Below are positions 27,907 through 35,779 of a DNA stretch of 37,685 bases, one piece after another. Every line of letters begins with the position of its first letter. Position 1 is the stretch's first letter. Location: positions 1 through 37,685 of IMG/VR virus record IMGVR_UViG_3300044806_000197, one strand, 5' to 3'. The notes under the pieces are model-generated. The model worked only from the letters and a program-made list of their open reading frames with translations, was not told the DNA's origin and did not search any database. The position numbers and the translations under genes are program-made. The DNA comes from a virus. Taxonomy: Duplodnaviria; Caudoviricetes.

Positions 27907-28754
27907 AGTGCGCCCGCTAGTTTGGTTTGTAGTTCCTTAATCTCGCCTCGAAGTGCCCGATACTGCTCACGATAAGCCGGATCATCCCAGGTCGTGCTAA
28001 GAGCATCGGTTGTGGAGTGTTCGTTCCTGAGTTGGTCCGCAAGTTTCTGTTTCTGTTCCATGACGGTCTTTAGGTTGAATACGGATGGGGTGGTTACTGC
28101 CGTTCCGTTCTTTTGGGCCGAGTAAGCATTGAGCTTCCAATTAGCCATTGCCCCCGGCCAAGACTTCATCGGATTCTTCCCGACCCGCCAGCCATTCGAT
28201 TCGTAGTAGTTGAAGAACTTCTCGGCCTCCAAGTCGGAAAGGCCGATCTTCGCGGCTTGGAGTTTGATTGCTTCAATTGAAGGCTTTTGAAAGCGCGGGA
28301 GCGAAGCGACCTTCTTCTTTTCCTCTTTTCTATTCTTCTCTCCTCTCTTCTCTTCTCCTCTCCTCTCCTCTCCTCTTACCGTAGAAACTTCCGAGACACT
28401 AGCTAGTCTCTCGCTAGTCTTTTTGTAATATCCTCTGTCTAAACCTTTTGCATAATCGCTTTGCATCTTGTCCCAGCCTGGTATTACAAGCGATTGGTCA
28501 CTGATTGTGATATACCCCGCATGTTGCAGCAACCCCAGGCACTGGTTGAAAATGCCTGGCGAGATATTCAGCTTGCGAGAAAAGCCCAACAGTCGGAAGT
28601 CTTTAGTGTCCCACGAGAGACTAGCTAGTCTGTTCTTAGATGCTTCCGAGAGTATGAGAAGCCAGACGCTGGCGGCGAGAGGCTGTTCTGACAGGCAGTA
28701 TTGCATCCCGGCTGAATCGAGGTTGTCGTTGTAGAATTTGAACCAGTCAGCCAT
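27903..28754 (-). CDS. Replication initiator / replisome organiser
   Basis: MADWFKFY N-terminal domain, EERRGEEKRGE linker, FQKPS..AEKFFNYYESNGWRVGKNPMKSW C-terminal domain. Confidence 0.8.
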   Translation of the reverse strand: MADWFKFYNDNLDSAGMQYCLSEQPLAASVWLLILSEASKNRLASLSWDTKDFRLLGFSRKLNISPGIFNQCLGLLQHAGYITISDQSLVIPGWDKMQSDYAKGLDRGYYKKTSERLASVSEVSTVRGEERRGEEKRGEKNRKEEKKKVASLPRFQKPSIEAIKLQAAKIGLSDLEAEKFFNYYESNGWRVGKNPMKSWPGAMANWKLNAYSAQKNGTAVTTPSVFNLKTVMEQKQKLADQLRNEHSTTDALSTTWDDPAYREQYRALRGEIKELQTKLAGAL

Positions 28755-28769
28755 ATCATTCCCAAACAC

Positions 28770-28858
28770 TCAGTTCCGCAGCTTCGCCGGTGAGAGTCCG
28801 ATCCAAACGCGCTAGAGGGTAGCGTCTGGCAGGAAGGTCGCCAAAGCTGCGGAACTGA
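28770..28858 (-). promoter_or_regulatory. Structured 5' leader of the replication gene
   Basis: Perfect 15-bp inverted repeat TCAGTTCCGCAGCTT / AAGCTGCGGAACTGA enclosing an inner hairpin. Confidence 0.6.
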
Positions 28859-29084
28859 ATCTTCGTTGAGTAGTGCATTATCGTTACGAGCCTCTCACGA
28901 CCCGGCCCTTTCGAGCACCGCCACCCTACACCATCCCACCGCACGGCGCAAATCTATTTTTGGGCCGGGGCGGGACAGGGTGGGACACGTCATGTCCTAC
29001 CGCTTATTTGGAATTGTTCTAAATCCAGATAACCTTAGCAGATTTATGTTGAGAATTAGAATAGATTGAATCTGCAAAACTGGC

Positions 29085-29112
29085 TTGACGAATAAATGTT
29101 AACCCGTATAGT
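29085..29112 (+). promoter_or_regulatory. Sigma70-type promoter of the rightward arm
   Basis: TTGACG-N16-TATAGT with AT-rich upstream sequence. Confidence 0.6.
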
Positions 29113-29143
29113 GGTGCGTAGGTAAGAACAGAACAGAAACAAT

Positions 29144-29377
29144 ATGAACCTCTCAAATCTGATCAAAGGTAAAGACCGATTCCCGCTTGAAGCCGGCCTC
29201 GCCATGCAAGCCACGCAACTCCAAGGTTGGGCCAAGAAACTAACCCCGGAAGCCATGGCCCTAGTTCAAGAGGAAGCCTGCCTCCAGAACCAGACCTTGC
29301 CTGACGATGCGACCGGATATGACGTGTGGCGCGGGGACAGTATAACGCTGTTCGTTGTGGAAATGGATTTGAAATAG
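29144..29377 (+). CDS. Hypothetical protein
   Basis: 77 aa, first gene after the promoter. Confidence 0.65.
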   Translation: MNLSNLIKGKDRFPLEAGLAMQATQLQGWAKKLTPEAMALVQEEACLQNQTLPDDATGYDVWRGDSITLFVVEMDLK

Positions 29378-29406
29378 ACGGTAAACAAAAACCACAAAAC
29401 AAAATT

Positions 29407-30048
29407 ATGACATTCAAAGAACTGCAAGACAAGATTTGGACACAAATCGAAACCGACTGGCATCAACACAAAAACGGAGGTGGATGGGTGAATAAATCGG
29501 CTAAGGTTGATGAGTCTGCCTTTGTTGGTGATGGCGCGATTGTATGGGGAATAGTTTCCGGGAACGCTCGGGTTTACGGGGACGCTTGGGTTTACGGGGA
29601 CGCTTGGGTTTCCGGGAACGCTCGGGTTTACGGGGACGCTTGGGTTTACGGGAACGCTCAGGTTTACGGGGACGCTCAGGTTTACGGGAACGCTCAGGTT
29701 TACGGGAACGCTCAGGTTTACGGGGACGCTCAGGTTTACGGGGACGCTCAGGTTTACGGGAACGCTCAGGTTTACGGGGACGCTTGGGTTTCCGGGAACG
29801 CTTGGGTTTACGGGAACGCTCGGGTTTACGGGGACGCTTGGGTTAAACCTGTCTTGTTCCTGTTAGACTCTCGCGGCCACGGATGCACAAATTGCAAGCA
29901 CGGATGGCTCAAGATCGGTTGCGAGGAACACACCTTCAAAGATTGGACTGATAGGTTTCCTGCCATTGCTCGGAAGCACAACCTAACCGAATCCGAGGAA
30001 GTCGAGTATCGCGCCATCGTTGAACTGTTCTGCAAGATTGGAAAGTAA
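29407..30048 (+). CDS. Hexapeptide-repeat (left-handed beta-helix) protein
   Basis: 16x G[ND]A[RWQ]V[YSK]; C-terminal LKIGCEEHT..DW; start moved to ATG 29407. Confidence 0.85.
   Translation: MTFKELQDKIWTQIETDWHQHKNGGGWVNKSAKVDESAFVGDGAIVWGIVSGNARVYGDAWVYGDAWVSGNARVYGDAWVYGNAQVYGDAQVYGNAQVYGNAQVYGDAQVYGDAQVYGNAQVYGDAWVSGNAWVYGNARVYGDAWVKPVLFLLDSRGHGCTNCKHGWLKIGCEEHTFKDWTDRFPAIARKHNLTESEEVEYRAIVELFCKIGK
29560..29847 (+). repeat. 16 x 18-bp tandem repeat
   Basis: GGG RAC GCT (CGG/TGG/CAG) GTT T(A/C)C units read directly; last unit ends AAA. Confidence 0.95.
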
Positions 30049-30050
30049 AA

Positions 30051-30452
30051 ATGAAAACACCATCAGAAAAAAGCGCCGCCATGAAACTGTGGCTGGCCAA
30101 CCTCCGCGCTCACCCAGAACTCGGCCAGTGCCGATGTGGTCGGGTCGGGTTTAGATTCAAGGCCGGGGACAGGTCAAGCCCGGTCTGTAAACGCTGCGAC
30201 GAAATCGAGAACTACAGTTACCATCTGAAACAGCTTTCCACGAAGCGCGTGAATGTGAAATGGAATGAGCCGACACAACGGATGATTGATTACATGGACG
30301 TGCCCAAGTGGGTCATTGAGGCGGCATACTCAAATGCGGAAATGTTGCTGATGAAGATCGAGTCTTGGATTGACGACAATGGGACGGAGTTGGTGGTGCA
30401 TGGTCATGGGGAGTATCATCTGCCGTTGAACCAGATGGGAGTTGCGGCATGA
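30051..30452 (+). CDS. Hypothetical protein with Zn-finger (CxCG..CxxC)
   Basis: CRCG, CKRC. Confidence 0.65.
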   Translation: MKTPSEKSAAMKLWLANLRAHPELGQCRCGRVGFRFKAGDRSSPVCKRCDEIENYSYHLKQLSTKRVNVKWNEPTQRMIDYMDVPKWVIEAAYSNAEMLLMKIESWIDDNGTELVVHGHGEYHLPLNQMGVAA

Positions 30453-30628
30453 AATCAGAAGCTCAAAAACTGGAACAAAAGATTGCCGGGCTGCTGGCCA
30501 TGCGGAACGAAATAGGGAGGCAGATTTTGTGTCTGGAATGTGAGATTAGCTCAATCCAATACCTGATTGATTGTGACATGGCCCGGCTCAGTGAAATCAA
30601 ATATAGGCCTGAACAAACCAAGGAATGA
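30449..30628 (+). CDS. 59-aa hypothetical protein (not in ORF track)
   Basis: MKSEAQKLEQKIAG...; ATGA-coupled. Confidence 0.55.
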   Translation: MKSEAQKLEQKIAGLLAMRNEIGRQILCLECEISSIQYLIDCDMARLSEIKYRPEQTKE

Positions 30629-30629
30629 T

Positions 30630-31226
30630 ATGAGCGATACACCACGAACAGACGCGCAATACAAGGAATACGCCCGACGCGACAATGATGTGAAGTGCGT
30701 TGATATAGAGTTCGCCCGCACCCTTGAGCGGGATTTGCATGCAATGCGCGTATGGGGTTCGCGCCGTGATGAGGAAATGCAACACCAAGCCAAGCTCGCA
30801 ATGGAGGCGCGTGGTGAGCGGGACCAACTCAAGTCGGACAACGAAAACCTGCGAAAGCTCGTCGGATGGACAGACGGCAAGCTCGACGTGGAAGAATTGC
30901 TGAACGAGCGCGACCAACTCCGCGCCGAGGTTGAACTATTCAAATCCCAACTCGCAAAATCAAATCGTGATTGTCTGGATGCCCGTGCAGAGGCGCGGGA
31001 TTCAACGGCAACCGATAATTCCATCAAGCTGCTTGAACTGCTAAAAACAACATCGCAATCCTGCGACCAGTGGCGAGCGGTAGCGGAGCAGTTGGCTTTT
31101 GCGGGAGCAACTATTTACGGACACCAGCAAGCAATCAGTTCCGAAGAAACCAGATGGGGTTTGGCTGTGTATGAACAATGGAGAGAGGTGTTCGCCGCCT
31201 ACGAAAAACTGAACGAGAAAGGTTAG
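30630..31226 (+). CDS. Coiled-coil hypothetical protein
   Basis: MSDTPRTDA..FARTLERDL..ERDQL repeats. Confidence 0.75.
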   Translation: MSDTPRTDAQYKEYARRDNDVKCVDIEFARTLERDLHAMRVWGSRRDEEMQHQAKLAMEARGERDQLKSDNENLRKLVGWTDGKLDVEELLNERDQLRAEVELFKSQLAKSNRDCLDARAEARDSTATDNSIKLLELLKTTSQSCDQWRAVAEQLAFAGATIYGHQQAISSEETRWGLAVYEQWREVFAAYEKLNEKG

Positions 31227-31228
31227 CG

Positions 31229-31450
31229 ATGAGCGAAAAATGCAATAAACACCACGACCACTGGCACCGAGGCTGCAAAGCGTGCGAGGCTGAAGCCACC
31301 TGGGCGGACTTCCGTAAGGTGAAAGATGACCGCGACCAATGGCGAGCGGTGGCGGATTCACTTGCTCAGGAATTGACTGACAATCTAGCTCCAAGTCTTC
31401 CGTCAACAGGTTTAGCTGACTACGAAAAACTTAAATCCGGTTCAAAATAG
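31229..31450 (+). CDS. Hypothetical protein
   Basis: MSEKCNKH..CKAC..RDQWRAVA. Confidence 0.65.
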   Translation: MSEKCNKHHDHWHRGCKACEAEATWADFRKVKDDRDQWRAVADSLAQELTDNLAPSLPSTGLADYEKLKSGSK

Positions 31451-31452
31451 AT

Positions 31453-31481
31453 TTGACATATCACCATTAACTCATTAACAT
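31453..31481 (+). promoter_or_regulatory. Sigma70-type promoter, probably giving a leaderless mRNA
   Basis: TTGACA-N17-TAACAT, 8 nt before ATG 31490. Confidence 0.65.
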
Positions 31482-31489
31482 ACCCTCAC

Positions 31490-31714
31490 ATGAAAGAACC
31501 GCATTTAGTCCTCGTAAAGACTTTTGAAATAGATCACGCAAAGACCGGCGCATTGGTGCGCAAGTATCGTCAGAGTTTTGGCCTGACACAAGCCCAGGTC
31601 GCAGCCCGGTTGGGCATGGCCTATGAAACGATCATCTCCGATCTGGAGCGGGGGGCGCGGGTCTGGACAAGCGAGAAGCTGGTCCGGGTCGTGAGCGCGA
31701 TTGAGGGGAAATAA
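31490..31714 (+). CDS. XRE-family HTH regulator
   Basis: VRKYRQSFGLTQAQVAARLG....ISDLERG. Confidence 0.9.
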   Translation: MKEPHLVLVKTFEIDHAKTGALVRKYRQSFGLTQAQVAARLGMAYETIISDLERGARVWTSEKLVRVVSAIEGK

Positions 31715-31723
31715 TTTTAGCTT

Positions 31724-31841
31724 TGGCGGCAGCATGAACGACTATGCACAACTAGGAGTGATGTTAGTGGACATGCGTCCGATAAGTCCAGTGTCGCACA
31801 TTGGAGCGTCGAAAGATTCGGGTTCGACTCCCGACCGCCAT
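31724..31841 (+). ncRNA. tRNA-like structured RNA with expanded central region
   Basis: TGGCGG/CCGCCA closing stem, GCAT/ATGC D-like arm, TCGGG-TTCGACT-CCCGA T arm. Confidence 0.6.
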
Positions 31842-31878
31842 TCAATTTTCAGTTAAACAAAAACAACAGAACAAAACT

Positions 31879-32328
31879 ATGAACATAAACCAAATCAGTC
31901 AGTCCAGATTCCTTAAGAAGGAGGACTTCCCAAAGCCCGTACTCGTCACGATTGAAGCTGACGTTTACATTGATACCATCCCCGGCTTCGACGGTGAACC
32001 GGACAAGGAAAAGGCCGTGGTCAAGTTCGTTGAATACGAAAAGCCCATGACCTTGAACACCACGAACGCGCAACTCATCGCCATGGCATTGGGGTCAGAC
32101 GAGACTGAGGAATGGATCGGCAAGCAGATCGTGGTTTACAACGACCCGACCGTGGCCATGAAGGGCAAGCTCGTTGGTGGCTTGCGTGTCCGGGCCAGCA
32201 AAGCCCCGCAGCAACTTCCGCGTCCCGTCCCAGGTCAAGCCGTGACAGGCAAGCTCCGGCCCGGTGCGGCGCCGCAGACTGCCCAACCCGCGGCGGGTCC
32301 GATTGATGAGGAAGACATGCCGTTCTGA
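31879..32328 (+). CDS. Putative single-stranded DNA-binding protein
   Basis: SRFLKKEDF..LNTTN..WIGKQI..GLRVR core, Pro/Gln linker, acidic IDEEDMPF tail. Confidence 0.7.
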   Translation: MNINQISQSRFLKKEDFPKPVLVTIEADVYIDTIPGFDGEPDKEKAVVKFVEYEKPMTLNTTNAQLIAMALGSDETEEWIGKQIVVYNDPTVAMKGKLVGGLRVRASKAPQQLPRPVPGQAVTGKLRPGAAPQTAQPAAGPIDEEDMPF

Positions 32329-32417
32329 TCTAACCAAAAACAAACTCGGCGGCTTAACACCGGCCGAGGGGCGCGACTCGGAAGCTAACGCGCAAACTCA
32401 AAACGAAAGGTAAAACT

Positions 32418-32603
32418 ATGCCAGACATTGAAAAAATAGCAGAAATCCTATACACGGAATACTGCGCCAAGGTTGGAGGCAAAGCCTTCAATGGTGATCC
32501 ATTACCGGATTGGGCAGCGTTTAGCTCTGACCCAAATAAACAAAAGCAGAGCTTTGGTTGGCTTGCGGTGGCTGTAAAAGCCTGCGAGGTCTGTAGTCGG
32601 TGA
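32418..32603 (+). CDS. Hypothetical protein
   Basis: YCAKVGGKAFNGDPLPDW. Confidence 0.7.
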   Translation: MPDIEKIAEILYTEYCAKVGGKAFNGDPLPDWAAFSSDPNKQKQSFGWLAVAVKACEVCSR

Positions 32604-32782
32604 ACCTCAAAGACCTAAAAGCCCGTGTCAAGACTGAGAAACACCACAACACCTCCCCGGTCCAGATCGGGGAGGTATCCGACCGGGAGGCAATCTGTAT
32701 CCGGTGCGGCGAGTTTGGGGTGTTGGTCTGGAACGGAGAGTTTTGGTTGTGTCTGAAATGTTCGGGAATAAAAAGGCCATAA
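32600..32782 (+). CDS. Zn-ribbon hypothetical protein
   Basis: CIRCG..WLCLKC; GTGA-coupled. Confidence 0.55.
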   Translation: MNLKDLKARVKTEKHHNTSPVQIGEVSDREAICIRCGEFGVLVWNGEFWLCLKCSGIKRP

Positions 32783-32787
32783 TAATT

Positions 32788-33108
32788 ATGTGGACACGCG
32801 AAGAAGCATTTTTGGTAATTGAAAAACTTGAGCCTAAACTAGCAGATGTCGGGACTCATGTAGCATTGGCCGGGTCAGTTGCCTGCCGTGGAGAATCAGA
32901 CAAAGACTTGGACTTGATCATCTACCCACACACCAAGTCAATGTTTGTGGATTTCAATTTTGAGCCTGCAAAGCTGGTTTTGAAAGAGTTCTTCAATGCG
33001 CTTGAGATTAAAGACTGTAGCGGAATAAGCCAAATCAGAGACGACAAGAAAGTGTCATGGCTCAAAACCCCAAAAGGGAAACGTGTTGACTTCTTTTTCC
33101 TGCAATGA
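32788..33108 (+). CDS. Minimal Pol-beta-superfamily nucleotidyltransferase
   Basis: LAGS......KDLDLII...RVDFF catalytic pattern. Confidence 0.7.
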   Translation: MWTREEAFLVIEKLEPKLADVGTHVALAGSVACRGESDKDLDLIIYPHTKSMFVDFNFEPAKLVLKEFFNALEIKDCSGISQIRDDKKVSWLKTPKGKRVDFFFLQ

Positions 33109-33728
33109 AAGAGCGACCAATCCTATTCAAAGGAGAGATGGTTCGCGCCATCCTCGACGGGCGCAAGACGCAGACAAGGCGGATGGTTTATCCACAGCCG
33201 CAGGAAACCTTGCAAGCCAGACCATATTGGCATGTTGGAGGATTTAGAACTGCCAGAGGATGCACAAATCCGTTGCGATTCAAATATGGCAAAGCGGGAG
33301 ATCGTCTTTGGGTTAAGGAAACATGGAAACCGCATTGTGAGGGCGAAATCAGCCCGGAGTTTCCGCTTGGGACATGCGTTAAGTATCGCGCAGATGGGAA
33401 GTGCATCAAGCCTGAGAGCTGGACTAATGAGCAAGGCCGATGGTGCGAGTCCCAAGAGGAATCAAAAGTTTGGAAACCCTCTATCTTCATGCCGCGCTGG
33501 GCCAGCCGTATCACGCTCGAAATCGTGAACGTGAGGGTTGAGAGGTTGCAGGCAATCAATGATTTTGACGCATTCCAAGAAGGCGCGAAGTCAGAATGCG
33601 GAACCGTCACCGGCCCGGCTTGTATGAGCTTTATACAAGGATACAAAACACTTTGGGAATCCATCAACGGCGCAGACTCGTGGGCTAAGAATCCTTGGGT
33701 GTGGGTAATTGAATTTAAGAAGCTATGA
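33105..33728 (+). CDS. ASCH/PUA-like phage protein
   Basis: MKERPILF..MVRAILDGRKTQTRR, WKPSIFMPRWASRITLEI..VRVERLQ, NPWVWVIEF. Confidence 0.85.
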   Translation: MKERPILFKGEMVRAILDGRKTQTRRMVYPQPQETLQARPYWHVGGFRTARGCTNPLRFKYGKAGDRLWVKETWKPHCEGEISPEFPLGTCVKYRADGKCIKPESWTNEQGRWCESQEESKVWKPSIFMPRWASRITLEIVNVRVERLQAINDFDAFQEGAKSECGTVTGPACMSFIQGYKTLWESINGADSWAKNPWVWVIEFKKL

Positions 33729-34108
33729 AGATAAACCTGCCCCCTCAACCCATCTCAGACTGGCAAGACGTGGCCGACCTGCAACGGAGGCTGTCAGAGT
33801 CCTGTGACCGGATTAACCAGATGGCGAATGATGTTGGCATGGCCAAGCATATTGACACCTTCGACGGGGACCGGCGCAAGCAAGCTCTGGCAAGGGCCAT
33901 GGCTGCGTCTTTGGCAGGTGGGGAGAGTGCGGCCAAGGCAGAAGCGATTGCACGGGCCAGCGAGCTTTACGCGAAGGAACTGGCCGTGCTTGCCCGCGAG
34001 CATGGTGTGGCAATGCAGACGATAGCAGAGTTTGAGGCTGTGAAGCTGGCTTGGGAAACGGCGCGCTCAATCCTAGCAATGCAGAGAGAAACAGCTAAGA
34101 TGTTATGA
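33725..34108 (+). CDS. Helical hypothetical protein
   Basis: 127 aa, coupled. Confidence 0.7.
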   Translation: MKINLPPQPISDWQDVADLQRRLSESCDRINQMANDVGMAKHIDTFDGDRRKQALARAMAASLAGGESAAKAEAIARASELYAKELAVLAREHGVAMQTIAEFEAVKLAWETARSILAMQRETAKML

Positions 34109-34284
34109 CATCACAACAAAAAATAGAAATGAGTCTGCGCGGTGGACTGATAGTGAAGCAAGCTGCCGACCTGATAAACTGTGAAGACTCGTATGTTATC
34201 AGGCTTGTAATACGAGCAGTTGAAGAACAGTTGAATGAGATGGAAGAAAAGTCGCGTGAATTCCAAAACTCCAAACCAAAATGA
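34105..34284 (+). CDS. 59-aa hypothetical protein (not in ORF track)
   Basis: MTSQQKIEM...; ATGA overlaps at both ends. Confidence 0.55.
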   Translation: MTSQQKIEMSLRGGLIVKQAADLINCEDSYVIRLVIRAVEEQLNEMEEKSREFQNSKPK

Positions 34285-34529
34285 CCTTCGCCTACCATTG
34301 CCCAACCTGCTCCACCGAACTGCTATACGAGTTCATCCCCGGAGAGCCAGTCAAGTTCACCTTGAACCACGACTCACCAGAGTTTTCAAATCCCGGTTCA
34401 TCCGATGAATACTATGGGCCGGAGCGGTGCGAGCACTGTGACGAGGTGGTGGATATGGATGATGTGATTGAGCAGGCTTTGGATCGGTGGAATCAGGAAG
34501 TTGCAGAACATGATCAAGACAGAGATTGA
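34281..34529 (+). CDS. Acidic Zn-ribbon protein
   Basis: CPTC...CEHC. Confidence 0.65.
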   Translation: MTFAYHCPTCSTELLYEFIPGEPVKFTLNHDSPEFSNPGSSDEYYGPERCEHCDEVVDMDDVIEQALDRWNQEVAEHDQDRD

Positions 34530-34533
34530 ATTT

Positions 34534-34719
34534 ATGACACAAGACCAACAAACAATACTTATCATCAAAGGAGCAATATCAGAGCTTCCAGCAGAACAGG
34601 CCGAGGCATGTAACGAACTGGCTGATCACATTCGACGAGTGTGCAAAGTGGCAGGCGAACCAGTTGGAACAATGGCTCTCGCACTGGTCGGTGCGGAGAT
34701 GCAATCGCGATTCACATAA
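34534..34719 (+). CDS. Hypothetical protein
   Basis: MTQDQQTILIIKGAISELP...ALALVGAEMQ. Confidence 0.65.
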   Translation: MTQDQQTILIIKGAISELPAEQAEACNELADHIRRVCKVAGEPVGTMALALVGAEMQSRFT

Positions 34720-34803
34720 CCTCATGATCACCTTCACCATAGGATTCTTTTGCGGAACGGCTTTTATGATGGTCGCCTGGGCGGCTATGAACCCGGAGAA
34801 GTA

Positions 34804-35007
34804 ATGACTAAAACCGATGAATCGAAACGAAAACACGGGCGGAAATTGCGCTCCATTGGAATTGTTAACCATCAGCCGATATGGAGACTCAAAGACTCTG
34901 ATGGTAATAGCTGGCAAGGTTCGAGAGAAAGCATTTTTGCGGAAGTCGCAATGGCGATGGACGATGGCATAAAACGAATCACCGTGACCCGACTCGGTGC
35001 TAGCTAA
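34804..35007 (+). CDS. Hypothetical protein
   Basis: MTKTDESKRK... Confidence 0.55.
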   Translation: MTKTDESKRKHGRKLRSIGIVNHQPIWRLKDSDGNSWQGSRESIFAEVAMAMDDGIKRITVTRLGAS

Positions 35008-35021
35008 CAAAAACACACACC

Positions 35022-35747
35022 ATGAACCTAATCCAAGAAAAAATCAGTCTGCCGGAGGTTTACAATCCACCAGTCGAATCAGTCCAGCTTGCGTGGCAGT
35101 TGTTGTCAGAGTCAAAAACTATTCAGCTAGTAAATGATTCATTCAGCCAATCACTCGCCATCAATGCCGGTTCTGCCATCCGCAAGCACGTAAAGGAAGT
35201 TGAATCAGCCAGACAGGAACTGACCGCCCCACTCCTAGAAGCCCAGCGCAAGCTCAAGAAACTGGCCGATGATCACGTTGCCCCGCTCAATCTGGAACTG
35301 GCCCGAGTCCAAAAGCTGGTTGTCCAATTCCAACTTCAAGAGGCTGAGCGTGTCGAGCGGGAACGCCAAGCCCAAATCAAAGCCTATGAGGAAGCTGAAC
35401 GAGTCCGCCAGGAGGCTGTCCTTGCCGCCCAGAAGGCCGCTGAGAAGGTCAATACAGAACGGCAGCTAGATCGAGCCATCCAGAAGGAACAAGCGGCGCT
35501 AGAGGCAAGCCAAGCCGTCCAGACCGTCCTTGCCGCCCCGCTCCCGACCGTGAATCGGGCTACGGGTGCGAGTCTGAGGAAGGTTTTGCGATACGAGGTT
35601 CTGGACATCAGGAAGGTTTACGCGGCCAGACCAGAACTTTGTGTTATTGAGATCAAGAAAAGCGCGGTTCAGGCAACTTGCGTGCCGGAAATGCACGTTC
35701 CGGGACTGAAACTGTGGTGGGAAACAGCGGCTTCAATTCGAGGCTAA
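35022..35747 (+). CDS. Coiled-coil phage protein
   Basis: KEVESARQELTAPLL, long coiled coil, C-terminal YEVLDI..VPGLKLW. Confidence 0.75.
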   Translation: MNLIQEKISLPEVYNPPVESVQLAWQLLSESKTIQLVNDSFSQSLAINAGSAIRKHVKEVESARQELTAPLLEAQRKLKKLADDHVAPLNLELARVQKLVVQFQLQEAERVERERQAQIKAYEEAERVRQEAVLAAQKAAEKVNTERQLDRAIQKEQAALEASQAVQTVLAAPLPTVNRATGASLRKVLRYEVLDIRKVYAARPELCVIEIKKSAVQATCVPEMHVPGLKLWWETAASIRG

Positions 35748-35779
35748 TTTAATAGGTTGAAAATAAATTAAAATAGTTC

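Noticed and set aside
29560-29847. Tandem array as CRISPR or DGR template/variable repeat
   Set aside because: No spacers, in-frame coding repeat, and no reverse transcriptase or cas gene seen
31724-31841. Canonical tRNA or tmRNA call
   Set aside because: No 7-nt anticodon loop, wrong length for either, and no tag reading frame
31801-31878. N-terminal extension of the SSB-like ORF
   Set aside because: Overlaps the tRNA-like T arm; ATG 31879 has the typical A-rich leader
32651-32676. Hairpin ACCTCCCCGGTC-CA-GATCGGGGAGGT
   Set aside because: Inside a plausible CDS, no U tract, single occurrence; no function supportable
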